64,000 bases of DNA, taken from assembly GCF_009914755.1 (NCBI RefSeq), contig NC_060936.1, one strand, 5' to 3'. The translations under genes were made by a program, and so were the position numbers. Positions 12,901 to 27,739 of this stretch are shown one piece after another. A model generated the notes under the pieces. That model saw only the letters and a list, made by a program, of their open reading frames with translations. It did no database searches and was not told where the DNA came from. The stretch's first letter is position 1, and every line of letters starts with the position of its first letter. This DNA comes from the human T2T-CHM13v2.0 reference genome, Homo sapiens.

Positions 12901-15900
12901 TGAGTTGAACGCACACATCACAAAGTAGTTTCTGAGAATGATGCTGTCTAGTTTTAATACGAAGATGTTTCCTTTTCTACATTTGGTCTCAAAGCGATTG
13001 AAATCTCCAACTGGAAACTGCACAAATAGGGTGTTTCAAATCTGCTCTGTCTAAAGGAAGGTTCAACTCTGTGAGTTGAATACACACACCACAAATAAGT
13101 TACTGAGTATTCTTCTGTCGAACATTACTTGAAGAAATCCCGTTTCCAACGAAGGCCTCAAAGAGGTCCAAATATCCACTTGCAGACATTACAAACCGAG
13201 TGTTTCCAAACTGCTCCATCAACAGAAAGGTTAAACTCTGTGAGCTGAACACACACATCAAAAAGAAGTTTCTGTGAATGATTCTGTCTAGATTTTATAA
13301 AAAGATGTTTCCTTTTCTACCGTAGGCCACAAAGCGCTTGAAATCTCCAGCTGCAAATTCCACAAAAAGGGTGTTTAACATCTGCTCTTCTAAAGGAAAG
13401 TTCAACTCTATGCGTTGAATACACACAGCACAAAGAAGTTACTGAGACTTCTCCTATCAAACATTATATGAAGAAATCCCGTTTCCAACGAAGGCCTCAA
13501 AGAGGTCCAAATATCTGCTTGCAGACTTTACAGACAGAGTGTTTCCAAACTGCTCCATCAAAAGAAAGGTTAAACTCCTTGAGTTGAACACACACATCAC
13601 AAAGTAGTTTTTGTGAATGATTCTGTCTAGTTTTTATACGAAGATGTTTCCTTTTCTACCTTTGGTCTCAAAGCGATTGAAATCTCCACATGGAAACTCC
13701 ACAAAAAGAGTGTTTCAAATCTGCTCTTTCTGAAGGAAGGTTCAACTCTGTGAGTTGAATACACACACCACAAATAAGTTACTGAGAATTCTTCTGTGTA
13801 ACATTATGTGAGGAAATCCCGTTTCCAACGAAGGCCTCAAAGAGGTCCAAATATCCACTTGCAGACGTTACAAAGACAGTGTCTACAAACTCCTCCATCA
13901 AAAGAAAGGTTATACTCTGTGAATTGAACGCACACATCACAAAGTAGTTTCTGAGAATGATTCTGTCTAGTTTTTATACGAAGATATTTCCTTTTCTACA
14001 TTTGGCCTAAAAGCGCTTGAAATCTCCACCTGCAAATATCACAAAAAGAGGGTTTCACATCTGCTCTGTCTAAAGGACAGTTCACCTCTGTGAGTTGAAT
14101 AGAGGCAACACAAAGAACTTACTCAGTATTCTTCTTTCTAGCGTTCTATGAAGAAATCCCGTTTACAACGAAGGCCTCAAGAGGTCCAAATATCTGCTTG
14201 CAGACTTCACAGACAGAGTGTTTCCAAACTACTCTATGAAAAGAAAGCTTAAACTCCTTGAGTTGAAGGCACACATAACAAAGTAGTTTCTGAGAATGAT
14301 TCTGTCTAGTTTTTATACGAAGATGTTTCCTTTTCTACATTTGGTCTCAAAGCGATTGAAATCTCCAACTGGAAACTGCACAAATAGGGTGTTTCAAATC
14401 TGCTCTTTCTAAAGGAAGGTTCAACTCTGTGAGTTGAATACACACACCACAAATAAGTTACTGAGAATTCTTCTGTCGAACATTACATGAAGAAATCCCG
14501 TTTCCAACGAAGGCCTCAAAGAGGTTCAAATATCCACTTGCAGACATTACAAACAGTGTGTTTCCAAACTGCTCCATCAAAAGAAAGGTTAAACTCTGTG
14601 AGCTGAACACACACATCAAAAAGAAGATTCTGTGAATGATTCTGTCTAGATTTTATAAGAAGATGTTTCCTTTTCTACCGTAGGCCTCAAAGCGTTTGAA
14701 ATCTCCAGCTGCAAATTCCACAAAAAGGGTGCTTAACATCTGCTCTTCTAAAGGAAAGTTCAACTCTATGAGTTGAATACACACAGCACAAAGAAGTTAC
14801 TGAGACTTCTCCTATCAAACATTATATGAAGAAATCCCGTTTCCAACGAAGGCCTCAAAGAGGTCCAAATATCTGCTTGCAGACTTTACAGACAGAGTTT
14901 TTCCAAACTGCTCCATCAAAAGAAAGGTTAAATTCCTTGAGTTGAACACACACATCACAAAGTAGTTTCTGTGAATGATTCTGTCTAGTTTTTATACGAA
15001 GATGTTTCCTTTTCTACCTTTGGTCTCAATGCGATTGAAATCTCCACATGGAAACTCCACAAAAAGAGTGTTTCAAATCTGCTCTTTCTGAAGGAAGGTT
15101 CAACTCTGTGAGTTGAATACACACACCACTAATAAGTTACTGAGAATTCTTCTGTGTAACATTATATGAGGAAATCCCGTTTCCAACGAAGGCCTCAAAG
15201 AGGTCCAAATATCCACTTGCAGACTTTACAAAGACAGTGTCTCCAAACTCCTCCATCAAAAGAAAGGTTATACTCTGTGAATTGAACGCACACATCACAA
15301 AGTAGTTTCTGAGAATGATTCTGTCTAGTTTTTATACGAAGATATTTCCTTTTCTACATTTGGCCTAAAAGCGCTTGAAATCTCCACCTGCAAATATCAC
15401 AAAAAGAGGGTTTCACATCTGCTCTGTCTAAAGGACAGTTCACCTCTGTGAGTTGAATAGAGGCAACACAAAGAACTTACTCAGTATTCTTCTTTCTAGC
15501 GTTCTATGAAGAAATCCCGTTTCCAACGAAGGCCCCAAAGAGGTCCAAATATCTGCTTGCAGACTTTACAGACAGAGTGTTTCCAAACTACTCTATGAAA
15601 AGAAAGCTTAAACTCCTTGAGTTGAACGCACACATCACAAAGTAGTTTCTGAGAATGATTCTGTCTAGTTTTTATACGAAGATGTTTCCTTTTCTACATT
15701 GGGTCTCAAAGCAATTGAAATCTCCAACTGGAAACTGCACAAATAGGGAGTTTCAAATCTGATCTGTCTAAAGGGAGGGTCAACTCTGTGAGTTGAATAC
15801 ACACACCACAAATAAGTTACTGAGAATTCTTCTGTCGAACATTACATGAAGAAATCCCGTTTCCAACGAAGACCTCAAAGAGGTCCAAATATCCACTTGC

Positions 15901-18567
15901 AGACATTACAGAGTGTTTCCAAACTGCTCCATCAAAAGAAAGGTTAAACTCTGTGAGCTGAACACACACATCAAAAAGAAGTTTCTGTGAATGATTCTGT
16001 CTAGATTTTATAAGAAGATGTTTCCTTTTCTACCGTAGGCCACAAAGCGCTTGAAATCTCCAGCTGCAAATTCCACAAAAAGGGTGTTTAACATCTGCTC
16101 TTCTAAAGGAAAGTTCAACTCTATGCGTTGAATACACACAGCACAAAGAAGTTACTGAGACTTCTCCTATCAAACATTATATGAAGAAATCCCGTTTCCA
16201 ACGAAGGCCTCAAAGAGGTCCAAATATCTGCTTGCAGACTTTACAGACAGACTTTTTCCAAACTGCTCCATCAAAAGAAAGGTTAAACTCCTTGAGTTGA
16301 ACACACACATCACAAAGTAGTTTCTGTGAATGATTCTGTCTAGTTTTTATACGAAGATGTTTCCTTTTCTACCTTTGGTCTGAAAGCGATTGAAATCTCC
16401 ACATGGAAACTCCACAAAAAGAGTGTTTCAAATCTGCTCTTTCTGAAGGAAGGTTCAACTCTGTGAGTTGAATACACACACCACAAATAAGTTACTGAGA
16501 ATTCTTCTGTGTAACATTATATGAGGAAATCCCGTTTCCAACGAAGGCCTCAAAGAGGTCCAAATATCCACTTGCAGACTTTACAAAGACAGTGTCTCCA
16601 AACTCCTCCATCAAAAGAAAGGTTATACTCTGTGAATTGAACGCACACATCACAAAGTAGTTTCTGAGAATGATTCTGTCTAGTTTTTATAAGAAGATAT
16701 TTCCTTTTCTACATTTGGCCTAAAAGCGCTTGAAATCTCCACCTGCAAATATCACAAAAAGAGGGTTTCACATCTGCTCTGTCTAAAGGACAGTTCACCT
16801 CTGTGAGTTGAATAGAGGCAACACAAAGAACTTACTCAGTATTCTTCTTTCTAGCGTTCTATGAAGAAATCCCGTTTCCAACGACGACCCCAATGAGGTC
16901 CAAATATCTGCTTGCAGACTTTACAGACAGAGTGTTTCCAAACTACTCTATGAAAAGAAAGCTTAAACTCCTTGAGTTGAACGCACACATCACAAAGTAG
17001 TTTCTGAGAATGATGCTGTCTAGTTTTTGTACGAAGATGTTTCCTTTTCTACATTTGGTCTCAAAGCGATTGAAATCTCCAACTGGAAACTGCACAGATA
17101 GGGTGTTTCAAATCTGCTCTGTCTAAAGGAAGGTTCAACTCTGTGAGTTGAATACACACACCATAAATAAGTTACTGAGAATTCTTCTGTCGAACATTAC
17201 AGGAAGAAATCCCGTTTCCAACGAAGGCCTCAAAGAGGTCCAAATATCCACTTGCAGACATTACAAACAGAGTGTTTCCAAACTGCTCCATCAAAAGAAA
17301 GGTTAAACCCTGTGAGCTGAACACACACATCAAAAAGAAGTTTCTGTGAGTGATTCTGTCTAGATTTTATAAGAAGATGTTTCCTTTTCTACCGTAGGCC
17401 TCAAAGCGCTTGTAATCTCCAGCTGCAAATTCCACAAAAAGGGTGTTTAACATCTGCTCTTCTAAAGGAAAGTTCAACTCTATGAGTTGAATACACACAG
17501 CACAAAGAAGTTACTGAGACTTCTCCTATCAAACATTATATGAAGAAATCCCGTTTCCAACGAAGGCCTCAAAGAGGTCCAAATATCCACTTGCAGACAT
17601 TACAAACAGAGTGTTTCCAAACTGCTCCATCAAAAGAAAGGTTAAACTCTGTGAGCTGAACACACACATCAAAAAGAAGTTTCTGTGAATGATTCTGTCT
17701 AGATTTTGTAAGAAGATGTTTCCTTTTCTACCGTAGGCCTCAAAGCGCTTGAAATCTCCAGCTGCAAATTCCACAAAAAGGGTGTTTAACATCTGCTCTT
17801 CTAAAGGAAAGTTCAACTCTATGAGTTGAATACACACAGCACAAAGAAGTTACTGAGACTTCTCCTATCAAACATTATATGAAGAAATCCCGTTTCTAAC
17901 GATGGCCTGAAAGAGGTCCAAATATCTGCTTGCAGACTTTACAAAGACAGTGTCTCCAAACTCCTCCATCAAAAGAAAGGTTATACTCTGTGAATTGAAC
18001 GCACACATCACAAAGTAGTTTCTGTGAATGATTCTGTCTAGTTTTTATACGAAGATATTTCCTTTTCTACATTTGGCCTAAAAGCGCTTGAAATCTCCAC
18101 CTGCAAATATCACAAAAAGAGGGTTTCACATCTGCTCTCTCTAAAGGACAGTTCACCTCTGTGAGTTGAATAGAGGCAACACAAAGAACTTACTCAGTAT
18201 TCTTCTTTCTAGCGTTCTATGAAGAAATCCCGTTTCCAACGAAGGCCCCAAAGAGGTCCAAATATCTGCTTGCAGACTTTACAGACAGAGTGTTTCCAAA
18301 CTACTCTATGAAAAGAAAGCTTAAACTCCTTGAGTTGAACGCACACATCACAAAGTAGTTTCTGAGAATGATTCTGTCTAGTTTTTATACGAAGATGTTT
18401 CCTTTTCTACATTTGGTCTCAAAGCGATTGAAATCTCCAACTGGAAACTGCACAAATAGGGTGTTTCAAATCTGCTCTGTCTAAAGGAAGGTTCAACTCT
18501 GTGAGTTGAATACACACAGCACAAATAAGTTACTGAGAATTCTTCTGTCGAACATTACTTGAAGAAA

Positions 18568-21500
18568 TCCCGTTTCCAACGAAGGCCTCAAAGAGGTCCA
18601 AATATCCACTTGCAGACATTACAAACAGAGTGTTTCCAAACTGCTCCATCAAAAGAAAGGTTAAACTCTGTGAGCTGAACACACACATCAAAAAGAAGTT
18701 TCTGTGAATGATTCTGTCTAGATTTTATAAGAAGATGTTTCCTTTTCTACCGTAGGCCTCAAAGCGCTTGAAATCTCCAGCTGCAAATTCCACAAAAAGG
18801 GTGTTTAACATCTGCTCTTCTAAAGGAAAGTTCAACTCTATGCGTTGAATACACACATCACAAAGAAGTTACTGAGACTTCTCCAATCAAACATTATATG
18901 AAGAAATCCCGTTTCCAACGAAGGCCTCAAAGAGGTCCAAATATCTGCTTGCAGACTTTACAGACAGAGTGTTTCCAAACTGCTCCATCAAAAGAAAGGT
19001 GAAACTCCTTGAGTTGAACACACACATCACAAAGTAGTTTCTGTGAATGATTCTGTCCAGTTTTTATACGAAGATGTTTCCTTTTCTACCTTTGGTCTCA
19101 AAGCGATTGAAATCTCCACATGGAAACTCCACAAAAAGAGTGTTTCAAATCTGCTCTTTCTGAAGGAAGGTTCAACTCTGTGAGTTGAATACACACACCA
19201 CAAATAAGTTACTGAGAATTCTTCTGTGTAACATTATATGAGGAAATCCCGTTTCCAACGAAGGCCTCAAAGAGGTCCAAATATCCACTTGCAGACTTTA
19301 CAAAGACAGTGTCTCCAAACTCCTCCATCAAAAGAAAGGTTATACTCTGTGAATTGAACGCACACATCACAAAGTAGTTTCTGAGAATGATTCTGTCTAG
19401 TTTTTATACGAAGATATTTCCTTTTCTACATTTGGCCTAAAAGCGCTTGAAATCTCCACCTGCAAATATCACAAAAAGAGGGTTTCACATCTGCTCTGTC
19501 TAAAGGACAGTTCACCTCTGTGAGTTGAATAGAGGCAACACAAAGAACTTACTCAGTATTCTTCTTTCTAGCGTTCTATGAAGAAATCCCGTTTCCAACG
19601 AAGGCCCCAAAGAGGTCCAAATATCCGCTTGCAGACTTTACAGACAGAGTGTTTCCAAACTGCTCCATCAAAAGAAAGGTTAAACTCCTTGAGTTGAACA
19701 CACACATCACAAAGTAGTTTCTGTGAATGATTCTGTCTAGTTTTTATACGAAGATGTTTCCTTTTCTACCTTTGGTCTCAAAGCGATTGAAATCTCCACA
19801 TGGAAACTCCACAAAAAGAGTGTTTCAAATCTGCTCTTTCTGAAGGAAGGTTCAACTCTGTGAGTTGAATACACACATCACAAATAAGTTAATGAGAATT
19901 CTTCTGTGTAACATTATATGAGGAAATCCCGTTTCCAACGAAGGCCTCAAAGAGGTCCAAATATCCACATGCAGACTTTACAAAGACAGTGTCTCCAAAC
20001 TCCTCCATCAAAAGAAAGGTTATACTCTGTGAATTGAACGCACACATCACAAAGTAGTTTCTGAGAATGATTCTGTCTAGTTTTTATACGAAGATATTTC
20101 CTTTTCTACATTTGGCCTAAAAGCGCTTGAAATCTCCACCTGCAAATATCACAAAAAGAGGGTTTCACATCTGCTCTGTCTAAAGGACAGTTCACCTCTG
20201 TGAGTTGAATAGAGGCAACACAATGAACTTACTCAGTATTCTTCTTTCTAGCGTTCTATGAAGAAATCCCGTTTCCAACGAAGGCCTCAATGAGGTCCAA
20301 ATATCTGCTTGCAGACTTTACAGACAGAGTGTTTCCAAACTACTCTATGAAAAGAAAGCTTAAACTCCTTGAGTTGAACGCACACATCACAAAGTAGTTT
20401 CTGAGAATGATTCTGTCTAGTTTTTATACGAAGATGTTTCCTTTTCTACATTTGGTCTCAAAGCGATTGAAATCTCCAACTGGAAACTGCACAAATAGGG
20501 TGTTTCAAATCTGCTCTGTCTAAAGGAAGGTTCAACTCTGTGAGTTGAATACACACACCACACATAAGTTACTGAGAATTCTTCTGTCGAACATTACAGG
20601 AAGAAATCCCGTTTCCAACGAAGGCCTCAAAGAGGTCCAAATATCCACTTGCAGACATTACAAACAGAGTGTTTCCAAACTGCTCCATCAAAAGAAAGGT
20701 TAAACTCTGTGAGCTGAACACACACATCAAAAAGAAGTTTCTGTGAATGATTCTGTCTAGATTTTATAAGAAGATGTTTCCTTTTCTACCGTAGGCCTCA
20801 AAGCGCTTGAAATCTCCAGCTGCAAATTCCACAAAAAGGGTGTTTAACATCTGCTCTTCTAAAGGAAAGTTCAACTCTGTGAGTTGAATACACACAGCAC
20901 AAAGAAGTTACTGAGACTTCTCCTATCAAACATTATATGAAGAAATCCCGTTTCCAACGAAGGCCTCAAAGAGGTCCAAATATCTGCTTGCAGACTTTGC
21001 AGACAGAGTGTTTCCAAACTGCTCCATCAAAAGAAAGGATAAACTCCTTGAGTTGAACACACACATCACAAAGTAGTTTCTGTGAATGATTCTGTCTAGT
21101 TTTTATACGAAGATGTTTCCTTTTCTACCTTTGGTCTCAAAGCGATTGAAATCTCCACATGGAAACTCCACAAAAAGAGTGTTTCAAATCTGCTCTTTCT
21201 GAAGGAAGGTTCAACTCTGTGAGTTGAATACACACACCACAAATAAGTTACTGAGAATTCTTCTGTGTAACATTATATGAGGAAATCCCGTTTCCAACGA
21301 AGGCCACAAAGAGGTCCAAATATCCACTTGCAGACTTTACAAAGACAGTGTCTCCAAACTCCTCCATCAAAAGAAAGGTTATACTCTGTGAATTGAACGC
21401 ACACATCACAAAGTAGTTTCTGAGAATGATTCTGTCTAGTTTTTATAAGAAGATATTTCCTTTTCTACATTTGGCCTAAAAGCGCTTGAAATCTCCACCT

Positions 21501-24500
21501 GCAAATATCACAAAAAGAGGGTTTCACATCTGCTCTGTCTAAAGGACAGTTCACCTCTGTGAGTTGAATAGAGGCAACACAAAGAACTTACTCAGTATTC
21601 TTCTTTCTAGCGTTCTATGAAGAAATCCCGTTTCCAATGAAGACCCCAATGAGGTCCAAATATCTGCTTGCAGACTTTAGAGACAGAGTGTTTCCAAACT
21701 ACTCTATGAAAAGAAAGCTTAAACTCCTTGAGTTGAACGCACACATCACCAAGTAGTTTCTGAGAATGATGCTGTCTAGTTTTTGTACGAAGATGTTTCC
21801 TTTTCTATATTTGGTCTCAAAGACATTGAAATCTCCAACTGGAAACTGCACAAATAGGGTGTTTCAAATCTGCTCTGTCTAAAGGAAGGTTCAACTCTGT
21901 GAGTTGAATACACACACCATAAATAAGTTACTGAGAATTCTTCTGTCGAACATTACAGGAAGAAATCCCGTTTCCAACGAAGGCCTCAAAGAGGTCCAAA
22001 TATCCACTTGCAGACATTACAAACAGAGTGTTTCCAAACTGCTCCATCAAAAGAAAGGTTAAACTCTGTGAGCTGAACACACACATCAAAAAGAAGTTTC
22101 TGTGAATGATTCTGTCTAGATTTTATAAGAAGATGTTTCCTTTTCTACCGTAGGCCTCAAAGCGCTTGTAATCTCCAGCTGCAAATTCCACAAAAAGGGT
22201 GTTTAACATCTGCTCTTCTAAAGGAAAGTTCAACTCTATGAGTTGAATACACACAGCACAAAGAAGTTACTGAGACTTCTCCTATCAAACATTATATGAA
22301 GAAATCCCGTTTCCAACGAAGGCCTCAAAGAGGTCCAAATATCCACTTGCAGACATTACAAACAGAGTGTTTCCAAACTGCTCCATCAAAAGAAAGGTTA
22401 AACTCTGTGAGCTGAACACACACATCAAAAAGAAGTTTCTGTGAATGATTCTGTCTAGATTTTGTAAGAAGATGTTTCCTTTTCTACCGTAGGCCTCAAA
22501 GCGCTTGAAATCTCCACCTGCAAATTCCACAAAAAGGGTGTTTTACATCTGCTCTTCTAAAGGAAAGTTCAACTCTATGCGTTGAATACACACAGGACAA
22601 AGAAGTTACTGAGACTTCTCCTATCAAACATTATATGAAGAAATCCCGTTTCCAACGAAGGCCTCAAAGAGGTCCAAATATCTGCTTGCAGACTTTACAG
22701 ACAGAGTGTTTCCAAACTGCTCCATCAAAAGAAAGGTTAAACTCCTTGAGTTGAACACACACATCACAAAGTAGTTTTTGTGAATGATTCTGTCTAGTTT
22801 TTATACGAAGATGTTTCCTTTTCTACCTTTGGTCTCAAAGCGATTGAAATCTCCACTTGGAAACTCCACAAAAAGAGTGTTTCAAATCTGCTCTTTCTGA
22901 AGGAAGGTTCAACTCTGTGAGTTGAATACACACACCACAAATAAGTTACTGAGAATTCTTCTGTGTAACATTATATGAGGAAATCCCGTTTCCAACGAAG
23001 GCCTCAAAGAGGTCCAAATATCCACTTGCAGACTTTACAAAGACAGTGTCTCCAAACTCCTCCATCAAAAGAAAGGTTATACTCTGTGAATTGAACGCAC
23101 ACATCACAAAGTAGTTTCTGAGAATGATTCTGTCTAGTTTTTATACGAAGATATTTCCTTTTCTACATTTGGCCTAAAAGCGCTTGAAATCTCCACCTGC
23201 AAATATCACAAAAAGAGGGTTTCACATCTGCTCTGTCTAAAGGACAGTTCACCTCTGTGAGTTGAATAGAGGCAACACAAAGAACTTAGTCAGTATTCTT
23301 CTTTCTAGCGTTCTATGAAGAAATCCCGTTTCCAACGAAGGCCCCAATGAGGTCCAAATATCTGCTTGCAGACTTTACAGACAGAGTGTTTCCAAACTAC
23401 TCTATGAAAAGAAAGCTTAAACTCCTTGAGTTGAACGCACACATCACAAAGTAGTTTCTGAGAATGATTCTGTCTAGTTTTTATACGAAGATGTTTCCTT
23501 TTCTACATTTGGTCTCAAAGCGATTGAAATCTCCAACTGGAAACTGCACAAATAGGGTGTTTCAAATCTGCTCTGTCTAAAGGAAGGTTCAACTCTGTGA
23601 GTTGAATACACACACCACAAATAAGTTACTGAGAATTCTTCTGTCGAACATTACTTGAAGAAATCCCGTTTCCAACGAAGGCCTCAAAGAGGTCCAAATA
23701 TCCACTTGCAGACATTACAAACAGAGTGTTTCCAAACTGCTCCATCAAAAGAAAGGTTAAACTCTGTGAGCTGAACACACACATCAAAAAGAAGTTTCTG
23801 TGAATGATTCTGTCTGGATTTTATAAGAAGATGTTTCCTTTTCTACCGTAGGCCTCAAAGCGCTTGAAATCTCCAGCTGCAAATTCCACAAAAAGGGTGT
23901 TTAACATCTGCTCTTCTAAAGGAAAGTTCAACTCTATGCGTTGAATACACACAGCACAAAGAAGTTACTGAGACTTCTCCTATCAAACATTATATGAAGA
24001 AATCCCGTTTCCAACGAAGGCCTCAAAGAGGTCCAAATATCTGCTTGCAGACTTTACAGACAGAGTGTTTCCAAACTGCTCCATCAAAAGAAAGGTTAAA
24101 CTCCTTGAGTTGAACACACACATCACAAAGTAGTTTCTGTGAATGATTCTGTCTAGTTTTTATACGAAGATGTTTCCTTTTCGACCTTTGGTCTCAAAGC
24201 GATTGAAATCTCCACATGGAAACACCACAAAAAGAGTGTTTCAAATCTACTCTTTCTGAAGGAAGGTTCAACTCTGTGAGTTGAATACACACACCACAAA
24301 TAAGTTACTGAGAATTCTTCTGTGAAACATTATATGAGGAAATCCCGTTTCCAACGAAGGCCTCAAAGAGGTCCAAATATCCACTTGCAGACTTTACAAA
24401 GACAGTGTCTCCAAACTCCTCCATCAAAAGAAAGGTTATACTCTGTGAATTGAACGCACACATCACAAAGTAGTTTCTGAGAATGATTCTGTCTAGTTTT

Positions 24501-27500
24501 TATACGAAGATATTTCCTTTTCTACATTTGGCCTAAAAGCGCTTGAAATCTCCACGTGCAAATATCACAAAAAGAGGGTTTCACACCTGCTCTGTCTAAT
24601 GGACTGTTCACCTCTGTGAGTTGAATAGAGGCAACACAAAGAACTTACTCAGTATTCTTCTTTCTAGCGTTCTATGAAGAAATCCCGTTTCCAACGAAGG
24701 CCTCAAAGAGGTCCAAATATCTGCTTGCAGACTTTACAGACAGAGTGTTTCCAAACTACTCTATGAAAAGAAAGCTTAAACTCCTTGAGTTGAACGCACA
24801 CATCACAAAGTAGTTTCTGAGAATGATTCTGTCTAGTTTTTATACGAAGATGTTTCCTTTTCTACATTTGTCTCAAAGCGATTGAAATCTCCAACTGGAA
24901 ACTGCACAAATAGGGTGTTTCAAATCTGCTCTGTCTAAAGGGAGGTTCAACTCTGTGAGTTCAATACACACACCACAAATAAGTTACTGAGAATTCTTCT
25001 GTCGAACATTACATGAAGAAATCCCGTTTCCAACGAAGGCCTCAAAGAGGTCCAAATATCCACTTGCAGAGATTACAAACAGTGTGTTTCCAAACTGCTC
25101 CATCAAAAGAAAGGTTAAACTCTGTGAGCTGAACCCACACATCAAAAAGAAGTTTCTGTGAATGATTCTGTCTAGATTTTATAAGAAGATGTTTCCTTTT
25201 CTACCGTAGGCCTCAAAGCGCTTGAAATCTCCAGCTGCAAATTCCACAAAAAGGGTGTTTAACATCTGCTCTTCTAAAGGAAAGTTCAACTCTATGAGTT
25301 GAATACACACATCACAAAGAAGTTACTGAGACTTCTCCTATCAAACATTATATGAAGAAATCCCGTTTCCAACGAAGGTCTCAAAGAGGTCCAAATATCT
25401 GCTTGCAGACTTTACAGACAGAGTTTTTCCAAACTGCTCCATCAAAAGAAAGGTTAAACTCCTTGAGTTGAACACACACATCACAAAGTAGTTTCTGTGA
25501 ATGATTCTGTCTAGTTTTTATACGAAGATGTTTCCTTTTCTACCTTTGGTCTCAATGCGATTGAAATCTCCACATGGAAACTCCACAAAAAGAGTGTTTC
25601 AAATCTGCTCTTTCTGAAGGAAGGTTCAACTCTGTGAGTTGAATACACACACCACAAATAAGTTACTGAGAATTCTTCTGTGTAACATTATATGAGGAAA
25701 TCCCGTTTCCAACGAAGGCCTCAAAGAGGTCCAAATATCCACTTGCAGACTTTACAAAGACAGTGTCTCCAAACTCCGCCATCAAAAGAAAGGTTATACT
25801 CTGTGAATTGAACGCACACATCACAAAGTAGTTTCTGAGAATGATTCTGTCTAGTTTTTATACGAAGATATTTCCTTTTCTACATTTGGCCTAAAAGCGC
25901 TTGAAATCTCCAAGTGCAAATATCACAAAAAGAGGGTTTCACATCTGCTCTGTCTAAAGGACAGTTCACCTCTGTGAGTTGAATAGAGGCAACACAAAGA
26001 ACTTACTCAGTATTCTTCTTTCTAGCGTTCTATGAAGAAATCCCGTTTCCAACGAAGGCCCCAAAGAGGTCCAAATATCTGCTTGCAGACTTTACAGACA
26101 GAGTGTTTCCAAAGTACTCTATGAAAAGAAAGCTTAAACTCCTTGAGTTGAACGCACACATCACAAAGTAGTTTCTGAGAATGATTCTGTCTAGTTTTTA
26201 TAGGAAGATGTTTCCTTTTCTACATTTGGTCTCAAAGCGATTGAAATCTCCAACTGGAAACTGCACAAATAGGGTGTTTCAAATCTGCTCTGTCTAAAGG
26301 AAGGTTCAAATCTGTGAGTTGAATACACACACCACAAATAAGTTACTGAGAATTCTTCTGTCGAACATTACATGAAGAAATCCCGTTTCCAACGAAGGCC
26401 TCAAAGAGGTCCAAATATCCACTTGCAGACATTACAAACAGAGTGTTTCCAAACTGCTCCATCAAAAGAAAGGTTAAACTCTGTGAGCTGAACACACACA
26501 TCAAAAAGAAGTTTCTGTGAATGATTCTGTCTAGATTTTATAAGAAGGTGTTTCCTTTTCTACCGTAGGCCTCAAAGCGCTTGAAATCTCCAGCTGCAAA
26601 TTCCACAAAAAGGGTGTTTAACATCTGCTCTTCTAAAGGAAAGTTCAACCCTATGCGTTGAATACACACAGCAGAAAGAAGTTACTGAGACTTCTCCTAT
26701 CAAACATTATATGAAGAAATGCCGTTTCCAACGAAGGCCTCAAAGAGGTCCAAATATCTGCTTGCAGACTTTACAGACAGAGTGTTTCCAAACTCCTCCA
26801 TCAAAAGAAAGGTTAAACTCCTTGAGTTGAACACACACATCACAAAGTAGTTTCTGTGAATGATTCTGTCTAGTTTTTATACGAAGATGTTTCCTTTTCT
26901 ACCTTTGGTCTCAAAGCGATTGAAATCTCCACATGGAAACTCCACAAAAAGAGTGTTTCAAATCTGCTCTTTCTGAAGGAAGGTTCAACTCTGTGAGTTG
27001 AATACACACACCACAAATAAGTTACTGAGAATTCTTCTGTGTAACATTATATGAGGAAATCCCATTTCCAACGAAGGCCTCAAAGAGGTCCCAATATCCA
27101 CATGCAGACTTTACAAAGACAGTGTCTCCAAACTCCTCCATCAAAAGAAAGGTTATACTCTGTGAATTGAACGCACACATCACAAAGTAGTTTCTGAGAA
27201 TGATTCTGTCTAGTTTTTATACGAAGATATTTCCTTTTCTACATTTGGCCTAAAAGCGCTTGAAATCTCCACCTGCAAATATCACAAAAAGAGGGTTTCA
27301 CATCTGCTCTGTCTAAAGGACAGTTCAACTCTGTGAGTTGAATAGAGGCAACACAAAGAACTTACTCGGTATTCTTCTTTCTAGCGTTCTATGAAGAAAT
27401 CCCGTTTCCAACGAAGACCCCAATGAGGTCCAAATATCTGCTTGCAGACTTTACAGACAGGGAGTTTCCAAAGTACTCTATGAAAAGAAAGCTTAAACTC

Positions 27501-27739
27501 CTTGAGTTGAACGCACACATCACAAAGTAGTTTCTGAGAATGATTCTGTCTAGTTTTTATACGAAGATGTTTCCTTTTCTACATTTGGTCTCAAAGCGAT
27601 TGAAATCTCCAACTGGAAACTGCACAAATAGGGTGTTTCAAATCTGCTCTGTCTAAAGGAAGGTTCAACTCTGTGAGTTGAATACACACAGCACAAATAA
27701 GTTACTGAGAATTCTTCTGTCGAACATTACTTGAAGAAA
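18568..27739 (-). repeat. Super-HOR copy 1 (9172 bp, 27 dimers)
   Basis: Ordered private markers ctccaatc, ctgtccag, QRQR 4-mer, PP duplication, ttagtcag, tcgacct, cacgtg, tgccg box and cccatt box recur in the same order in the following copies. Confidence 0.85.
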
